Position numbers and translations under genes: made by a program. A stretch of 59,142 bases of DNA, from assembly GCF_001194135.2 (NCBI RefSeq), contig NC_068981.1:193700266-193759407 (forward strand), written 5' to 3'. Under the pieces are notes generated by a model. That model was not told the origin of the DNA. It searched no databases and worked only from the letters and a program-made list of their open reading frames with translations. This stretch comes from Octopus bimaculoides (taxonomy: Eukaryota). This document shows positions 54,101-59,142 of the stretch, piece after piece (the first letter of the stretch is position 1; each line of letters begins with the position of its first letter).

Positions 54101-55269
54101 TGAAAATGTGTTGACAAGTAGAAGATAAAGTGTTAAATACTCACAATATGCAAATTAGATGCACCAATTCTTTGGAGTTACGAGATTTGATGTGTCTTTA
54201 AACGGATTGGCTTTTTGCTTTTCTGGGATTGGTCAAAGGATGTACACACCTTTCATGAAACCCCAATAAGAGCTAAAAATCAATAAATGTTTTTTTGTAT
54301 TTTTTTACTTGATTCAATCATTAGACTGTAGCCATTCTGGGGCACTGCCTTGAAGAGTTTTTAGATGAATGAATCAACACAAGTACGTTTTTTTTAAGCC
54401 TGGTATTTATTCTATCAATCTCTTTTGCCAAACTGCTAAGTTACAGGAATATAAACACACCAACATTAGATGTCAAATGGTGATAAGAGACAAACACACA
54501 CAATGGGCTTCTTTCAGTTTCTGTTTTCTAAATCCACTCACAAGGCGTTGGATGGCTTGAAGTTATACTAGAAGACACTTGCCTAGGGTATCATGCAGTG
54601 GAACCGAACCCACAACCATGTGGTTGGAAAGCCTGTGCTTGTTTGTCATTTCTTCCCAACCTCCTGAGAAATAGGTAAGACTGATATGCTTGCATGTCTA
54701 CACAAAGGAATGTGTATTAAAGGAATATGTAAGACATATTCCTGATGAAACTAAATACACATCATCAGGGTACAGGGAGTTATTATATTCAACGACTAAT
54801 GACTTCAACAACTAATGACTCTTCAATGACAAACGACTCTTCAATGACAAATGACTCTTCAATGAGAAATGACTCTTCAATGAGAAATGACTCTTCAATG
54901 AGAAATGACACTTCAATGTCAAACAACTCTTCAATGACTAATGACTCTTCAGTGACAAATGACTCTTCAATGCCAAACGACTCTTCAATGACAAATGACT
55001 CTTCAATGACAAACGACTCTTCAATGACAAACGCCTTTTCAATGACAAATGACTCTTCAATGACAAACGACTCTTCAATGACTAATGACTCTTCAATGAC
55101 AAATGACTCCTCAATGACTAATGACTCTTCAATGACTAATGACTCTAATGTGACTAGCTGAATCTGTACTTACTTTACATTTGTTCCATCCCTGATGAGG
55201 TCATGGCACATATATTGAAGGACCAGTTCACAATTGTTGTTGGGATGCTGGCATGAGTGCTGTTTAGTC
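10584..55269 (-). CDS. DD3-3: DD3-3-like protein gene, 5'-partial, 11 coding exons; predicted single-pass membrane glycoprotein
   Basis: Exons 55174-55269, 48294-48432, 42400-42516, 35707-35856, 33419-33612, 30710-30943, 24226-24396, 17584-17813, 16221-16434, 15019-15136, 10584-10943. All are flanked by AG/GT, splice phases match and there is no internal stop. Family motifs recognised from memory: [82 protein letters not shown]. Confidence 0.88.
11020..11240 (-). mobile_element. tRNA-derived SINE family B
   Basis: Head gtgagctggcagaa..ttagc...ctgagttcaaattcc with A/B-box-like motifs, body ctttcggggtcgat. Other copies at about 2190-2340, 21590-21790, 22460-22590, 33830-33960, 43180-43470 and 50535-50720. 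Confidence 0.72.
11376..11845. repeat. 38-bp minisatellite (tggcacgatggtggtggtggtagtggagggtagtcagg) inside an RTE 3'UTR copy; spans a gap
   Basis: Identical units on both sides of N gap 11459-11723; period 38. Confidence 0.9.
14167..14212 (-). ncRNA. Minimal type I hammerhead ribozyme, intact core
   Basis: GACAC CUGAUGA A GGCUG-gaggguauau-CAGCC GAAAC GUU GUGUU: stem I GACAC/GUGUU, 5-bp stem II, palindromic ACGU stem III, GUU cleavage triplet. Confidence 0.8.
14313..14367 (-). promoter_or_regulatory. tRNA-like Pol III internal promoter (A and B boxes)
   Basis: A box TGGTGTAGTGG at 14357-14367 and B box GAGTTCGATTCC at 14313-14324, both on the minus strand. Confidence 0.6.
15019..15136 (-). 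CDS. DD3-3: DD3-3-like exon [39 protein letters not shown]
   Basis: 118 nt; acceptor tttttgcag, donor gtaaga; bridges the phase-2 end of the previous exon to the phase-0 start of the last exon. Confidence 0.82.
16221..16434 (-). CDS. DD3-3: DD3-3-like exon [50 protein letters not shown]...GGTIAIK(S)
   Basis: 214 nt; acceptor attttacag, donor gtaata; phase 1/2. Confidence 0.9.
17584..17813 (-). CDS. DD3-3: DD3-3-like exon [23 protein letters not shown]...DITKLAHL(G)
   Basis: 230 nt; acceptor ttcattcag, donor gtatgt. Confidence 0.9.
23403..23915 (+). mobile_element. Hammerhead-bearing retrozyme-like or Penelope pLTR-like element, copy 1
   Basis: Inverted arms about 23453-23580 and 23786-23915, HHR at 23705-23749; homologous to 50155-50525. 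Confidence 0.7.
23705..23749 (+). ncRNA. Minimal type I hammerhead ribozyme, with an apparent extra A after GAAA
   Basis: UCUGUG CUGAUGA A GGG-aaauaa-CCC GAAA AUCAUGAU A CACAGA: 6-bp stem I, 3-bp stem II, palindromic AUCAUGAU stem III. Confidence 0.7.
24226..24396 (-). CDS. DD3-3: DD3-3-like exon [56 protein letters not shown](Q)
   Basis: 171 nt; acceptor tttcctag, donor gtatgt. Confidence 0.92.
28150..29090 (-). mobile_element. Degraded Penelope-like element: RT C-terminal linker plus GIY-YIG endonuclease
   Basis: [11 protein letters not shown]...[26 protein letters not shown], then with stops [44 protein letters not shown]; contains (AAT)n at 28561-28646. Confidence 0.8.
29250..30200 (+). 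mobile_element. Degraded non-LTR retrotransposon ORF1 (RRM-like region plus eroded CCHC knuckle)
   Basis: [31 protein letters not shown] resembles an ORF1 RRM; [18 protein letters not shown] fits CX2CX4HX4C with the first and last Cys lost; many stops. Confidence 0.58.
30710..30943 (-). CDS. DD3-3: DD3-3-like exon [11 protein letters not shown]...[16 protein letters not shown](R)
   Basis: 234 nt; acceptor gtctctag, donor gtaaaa; phase 2/2; absent from the ORF track. Confidence 0.9.
33419..33612 (-). CDS. DD3-3: DD3-3-like exon [64 protein letters not shown](R)
   Basis: 194 nt; acceptor ctttaacag, donor gtcagt. Confidence 0.9.
34265..34632 (+). mobile_element. Tc1 transposase 3' remnant with right terminus
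   Basis: [10 protein letters not shown]...[15 protein letters not shown]...[22 protein letters not shown] (34265-34579, internal stops), then ...gtccaacccctata. Confidence 0.85.
35707..35856 (-). CDS. DD3-3: DD3-3-like exon [50 protein letters not shown]
   Basis: 150 nt; acceptor tttcaccag, donor gtcagt; phase 0/0; absent from the ORF track. Confidence 0.88.
36373..36520. repeat. 41-42-bp minisatellite, about 3.5 units
   Basis: aaaggaactc starts at 36373, 36415, 36456 and 36498. Confidence 0.85.
37430..37945 (+). mobile_element. Tc1/mariner-superfamily transposase 3' remnant (maT/rosa-like)
   Basis: [10 protein letters not shown]...[33 protein letters not shown]. Confidence 0.8.
38874..39099. 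mobile_element. TA-flanked MITE with about 90-bp TIRs (Tc1/mariner-type)
   Basis: TA-agaggaa..accactaggtggactcctaatatgctaaatgtagacccc... / ...ggggtctacatttagcatattaggagtccacctagtggt..ttcctct-TA. Confidence 0.85.
39242..39276 (-). ncRNA. Degenerate minimal type I hammerhead (G8A) of a third family
   Basis: GUUU CUGACAA A GAGC-uuu-GCUU GAAAC GUA AAAC; stem I GUUU/AAAC. Confidence 0.6.
42400..42516 (-). CDS. DD3-3: DD3-3-like exon [39 protein letters not shown]
   Basis: 117 nt; acceptor tttatttcag, donor gtaagt; carries the strongest family motif. Confidence 0.92.
42540..42995. repeat. (CAC/CAT)n compound microsatellite with a 129-nt internal duplication
   Basis: The interruption ttatcctcaccaccagc occurs at 42675 and 42804. 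Confidence 0.9.
44567..45225 (+). mobile_element. 5'-truncated RTE LINE: ORF C-terminus, 3'UTR and (GAT)n tail
   Basis: [20 protein letters not shown]...[15 protein letters not shown]...DRDLWK, then a 3'UTR ...ggcgttaggaagggcatccagctgtagaaac...ggacgttaaacgatgatgatg. About 25 copies of this 3'UTR are scattered across the window in both orientations. Confidence 0.9.
46001..47300 (+). mobile_element. Degraded RTE LINE, truncated at the RT catalytic motif
   Basis: Starts [11 protein letters not shown] (YADD-like) fused to (TA)n; continues [20 protein letters not shown] and [13 protein letters not shown], then the 3'UTR and tail. Confidence 0.88.
48294..48432 (-). CDS. DD3-3: DD3-3-like exon [46 protein letters not shown]
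   Basis: 139 nt; acceptor cttcttacag, donor gtaagt; phases match neighbours. Confidence 0.9.
50155..50525 (+). mobile_element. Hammerhead-family element, copy 2: long foldback lacking the catalytic core
   Basis: About 150-bp arms at 50155-50304 and about 50324-50472; candidate 10-bp TSD ctaataataa at 50144-50153 and 50526-50535. Confidence 0.75.
50963..51162. mobile_element. hAT (Charlie-like) MITE
   Basis: Ends caatggttcccaac / gtaggaaaccacta; 8-bp flanks gtctagct / gtccaggt (6/8 match). Confidence 0.7.
51338..52010 (+). mobile_element. RTE 3' fragment whose 5' end is expanded into a 33-bp minisatellite (4 units)
   Basis: acctgg starts at 51338, 51371, 51404 and 51437, followed by the RTE ORF tail and 3'UTR. 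Confidence 0.85.
52545..52920 (+). mobile_element. tRNA-derived SINE family C
   Basis: Head tggcccagtggttaggg..gtttcgattccc; shared tail ctgaatctccctgagaactacattaagggtac...cgtaaccgatggagt also at about 35440-35610, 55950-56200, 56230-56550 and (minus) 3290-3410. Confidence 0.75.
54811..55150. repeat. 18-bp minisatellite (aatgactcttcaatgac[a/t]), about 19 units, intronic
   Basis: Direct inspection; gives the spurious TNDSSM-repeat ORF. Confidence 0.92.
55174..55269 (-). CDS. DD3-3: DD3-3-like exon (W)[31 protein letters not shown](K)
   Basis: 96 nt; acceptor ttcactag, donor gtaagt. The first G completes a codon split across the intron, inferred to be Trp. Confidence 0.88.
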
Positions 55270-55732
55270 CTAGTGAATGGAATGTTTAAACATTTGGTTG
55301 ACTTTTAAAAATAAAGAAGCGGGGTTAGTAATCTCATGGAAGGAAAGATAGCAAAGTGCTAAAAACAGTTTCAAGGACATTATTATCATTATTATTATCA
55401 CTATCTTCTTCTTTCAATTCTGTTTCCGTTTCTTGCCGAATGTCTTCCTGACACCTAGAGCAAAGAAACTCACTGTATACAATGGTAGGCCATTAAAATA
55501 AACACTCAAGATTGTTCATTTACAAAGTCATGTGGTAGAAAAAAATGTGGAAGAAAGAGAGAAAGAAAGAAAAGAAAAGAAGAGAAAAGGAGAAAAAGAA
55601 AAAGAAAACAAAGAAAATAAAGGTTAAAAAAAGAAAAAGTTCACAACAATGCTCTCCTCAATACATGTGACATACCAGTTAAAACAGTCTTTTGTATTTC
55701 TTGTATAGATGTTAAACCAGGCACCATCCTCA

Positions 55733-55782
<50 letters not shown>

Positions 55783-57033
55783 TAAGTGAGAGAGCAGTGC
55801 ATGCCATCAAAGTGAAACTGGGGTAAAATATACAAAGCCCAGTATACCCTCCATGACTCCATACTCATTTGATAAGGGTACACCACGCACATGCATTGCA
55901 ACCATATGTGCGCGACGTGGTGATCTCATATCAAGATAAACAGCGCAGGGAGTGGTGGTGAACCCTGCTGTACTCTTTCACCACAACTTTCTCTCACTCT
56001 TTCTTCCTGTTTCTGTTGTACCGGTATTTCAAGGGACCAATATTATCACATTCTGTGTCACGCTGAATCTCCCTGAGAACTACATTAAGGGTACACATGT
56101 CTGTGGGGTACTCAGCCACTTACACATTAATTTCATGAGCAGGCTGTTCTGTTGATCAAATCAACTGGATCCCTCATCGTCATAACCGATGGAGTGACAT
56201 GATATATGTGTGTGTGTGTATGTGTGTGTGTGCGTGTGAAGGCATGTGCCTTAGTGGTTAGAGCATTTGGCTCACAATTGTAAGGTCATGAGTTCAATAC
56301 CTGGTGGCACGTTATGTCCTTGAGCAAGACACTTTATTTCACATTGCTCCAGTCCACCCAGCTGGCAAAAATGAATAGTACCTGTATTTCAAAGGGGCCA
56401 GTCTTGTCACACTCTGTATCATGCTGAATCTCCCTGAGAACTACATTAAGGGCACAAATGTCTGTGGAGTGCTCAGCCACTTGCACGTTAATTTCACGAG
56501 CAGGCTGTTCCAACGATCAGATTAACTGGAACCCTCGTCATCATAACCGACGGAGTGCCACAATGACAATGTATGTATGTGTGTATGTATGTATATACAT
56601 TTGCCAGTGTGTATGAATGCGCTTTTTAAAAGAAGGTATTTATATTTTCTTTTTCTTTTGTTTGTTTTTAATATGTTTATGACTTAGTCAGAGCGAAAGT
56701 AAAAGCATTGAAGACATTTGCAGACCAACATAGACTCATGAGTCAGATGTGATTGATGTTCAATTTGAATGTCTGTAGTTCATGTTGCTAAAGAAAATGT
56801 GGGCAGAGAATGAATTATAAAAGGATTTATTTAAGGAGAAGGATTTTTTTTAAATGGTTGAATCACATAGAATTGAAGAGAATAGGGTGGATACATTGTA
56901 TAAAGCTAGGTGGAAGAGGTACACATCTCTGTATTTCGGAGGTTATCATAGTAGTGATAGAAGAAGCAACAAGATACAAAATATACATAAAATAAAGATG
57001 GAGTGTGATGATAAGTGAATCATAGTTAATTGA

Positions 57034-57748
57034 TTAACTCTTCTTTCGTTACCATATTTCTGTTGAGATGTTCTGTGTTTCTTTCAATTGATTTTAAATA
57101 TAACAAAGAATTTAGTAAAATAACTTAGTTATCATTGAGCTAGTGCTAGGAACATAAATTGTGACTAAAGTTTGGTGGAAGATTTTTATTCAAAATCTAT
57201 GAAAACAAGACATTTGTACTACAGAGCCAGAGGCTGTTTCAGGCAGGTTGGTATCAAAAGGGTTAAATTAATCATTTGTTAACCCTTTTGTCACCATATT
57301 TCTGTTGAAATGCTCTGTGTTTCTTTCAATTGATTTTAAATATAACAAAGAATTTAGTAAAATAACTTAGTTATCTTTTAGCTAGTGTTAGGAACATAAA
57401 TTGTGATTGAGGTTTGGAGGAAGATTTTAATTCAGAACTTTTGAAAACAAGACATTTGTACTCAGAGCCAGAGGTGGTTTTAGCTGGGTTGATTTGAAAG
57501 GGTTAAATTAATTGTTTGTTAACCCTTTTGTTGTCATATTTCTGTTGAGATGTTCAGTGTTTCTTTCAATTAATTTTAAATATAACAAAGAATTTAGTAA
57601 AATAACTTAGTTATCTTTTAGCTAGTGTTAGGAACATAAATTGTGACTAAGGTTTGGAGGAAGATTTTAATTCAAATCTTATGAAAACAAGACATTTCTA
57701 CTAAAGAGCCAAAGGTGGTTTCAGCCAGGTTGGCATGGAAAGGATTAA
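57034..57748. mobile_element. Tandem trimer of a piggyBac-type MITE (TTAA-CCCTTT...AAAGGG-TTAA), period about 240 bp
   Basis: Units 57034-57266, 57279-57506 and 57519-57748; 12-bp spacers attaatcatttg and attaattgtttg. Confidence 0.8.
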
Positions 57749-58601
57749 ATGCCTTTCTCTTCGGTTTGATTGAAGATATCAGAGTACCTGTAACAACACT
57801 GCCCCTGATCTCTGATATAAGGGAAGTAGTACTCAGATGTTGGTCTACTGTACATGAGTGTATATATAATAATATCATTGTTCCAGATGTGTGGGTCAAG
57901 AGGACAAAATAGGGGCAATCCTTTTGTAATCTAGGCTAAGGGTGTTATGTAGTAACAGTACTAACCTAAATATGTGTGTTTCACAGTCCCAATGTGGTTC
58001 AAGGATATATGTGTATGAATGTATGTGTATGAATGTATGTGTGTTTGAGTATGTACAAGTGTGTGAGTATGTGTATGTTTGTGTATGTATGTATATATGT
58101 GTGTGTGGGCGGAGTGTGTGTATAAATGTAGGTCTAGAATGTTTTCAAGTGTGACAGCAGCACTGTCCTTGATATTTGAGCTGTACTATTGGTGGTGGTG
58201 TGTATGTGTGTGGGGGGGTTAACAGCAGTCTGATCCGGATAAGTAAACAATACACAAAAATCATGATTTGAGACTGTGACTGTGTCAGTAGTTGAGACAC
58301 TGACTCAGATAATGATATGACAACTAGCTGACCCCGTGCCATCATTAATGACAGTTAATTAAAGTATCTTATATATAAATAAGGTACATAATAATCACAC
58401 ATACAAACATTCACATACTTCCTTTGTACACACACACAGAGTTGAAATGCTGATTTCTTTTTTCACCCTTTCCTTCCTTATTCATCTATCACCCCTTCCT
58501 TTCTCTCACACCCACTCAGTTAGGGCTATTACTCTCACTACTTCTCCTTCACTGAATTACTATTTTCTCTCTTCCTCTGTATCCGGCGTGATTCTGGACA
58601 A

Positions 58602-58636
<35 letters not shown>

Positions 58637-59091
58637 TATACAAATATATAAAAACACCATGCTCATCATTGTATTAGGAGATGTCATCGTGAATTGAGGA
58701 TATTAGAGTGTGTGTCTATAAGCTGTACTGTCCCTGCACTCTGATATGACTCAGCAATGTGAGTGTGTGTGTGTGTGTGTTGTAGCCTTTTGAGTGGATT
58801 TATTTTATGATTTTCCTAAGACATAGAGACGATATTAACCAGTAGTTAGAACTCAATATACTTAAGCATTAGAATAAAGAGTTAGGTGGGACTGATTTAT
58901 GAATAACAAAAAAGAACAGGAGTCATGTCATCAACTTCATTAGCTTACAGTTGTTTCTGCTATAACAAGCACTGCACTCAGAGTTGACTGCTTGTGCAAC
59001 AGTTTAGAGCAGAAGCAGTTGTAAGCCAATAAAGTTTCTTATGGGATCCCTCTTCCTTTGTCACCCATTAACTAATGTGTGTGTGTGTGTT

Positions 59092-59142
<51 letters not shown>

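Noticed and set aside
54720-54775. Double hairpin containing CTGATGA
   Set aside because: There is no stem II-GAAA-NUH arrangement, so it is not a hammerhead.
54745-55161. TNDSSM-repeat mucin- or antifreeze-like ORF
   Set aside because: It is a translated 18-bp minisatellite, antisense within an intron, with no signal peptide or splice support.
55676-55735. Candidate upstream DD3-3 exon ending TG|gtatgt
   Set aside because: The phase fits, but the peptide (FEDGAWFNIYTRNTKDCFNW) does not resemble the expected family sequence, there is no acceptor AG and it runs into (TTA)n.

Overview
AT-rich, repeat-dense eukaryotic scaffold with N gaps that mostly abut (AT)n runs. The repeat content (RTE LINE 3' ends with (GAT)n tails, tRNA-derived SINEs, Penelope elements) looks like a coleoid cephalopod, probably Octopus; that is inference. 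I reconstructed one host gene by hand on the minus strand: 11 GT-AG coding exons from 55269 down to the stop at 10584. They are phase-compatible, total 2023 nt and encode about 674 aa of a DD3-3-like type I membrane protein. Its 5' exons were not found and probably lie beyond the right edge. The rest is transposon-derived: a Helitron-like ORF start running off the left edge, piggyBac, mariner, Tc1 and maT-like remnants, about 25 RTE 3' fragments, SINEs, MITEs, a LINE ORF1 relic and Penelope relics. The most interesting signal is three different minimal type I hammerhead ribozyme (HHR) motifs in intronic elements. One lies downstream of a tRNA-like Pol III promoter in a Penelope pseudo-LTR foldback (14.1-14.5 kb). 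One belongs to a family (23.4-23.9 kb and 50.2-50.5 kb) whose copies assemble into a circularly permuted monomer of about 353 nt, like a retrozyme. The third is degenerate (39.2 kb). Repeat boundaries are approximate and all protein-family calls come from motif recognition, not database searches.
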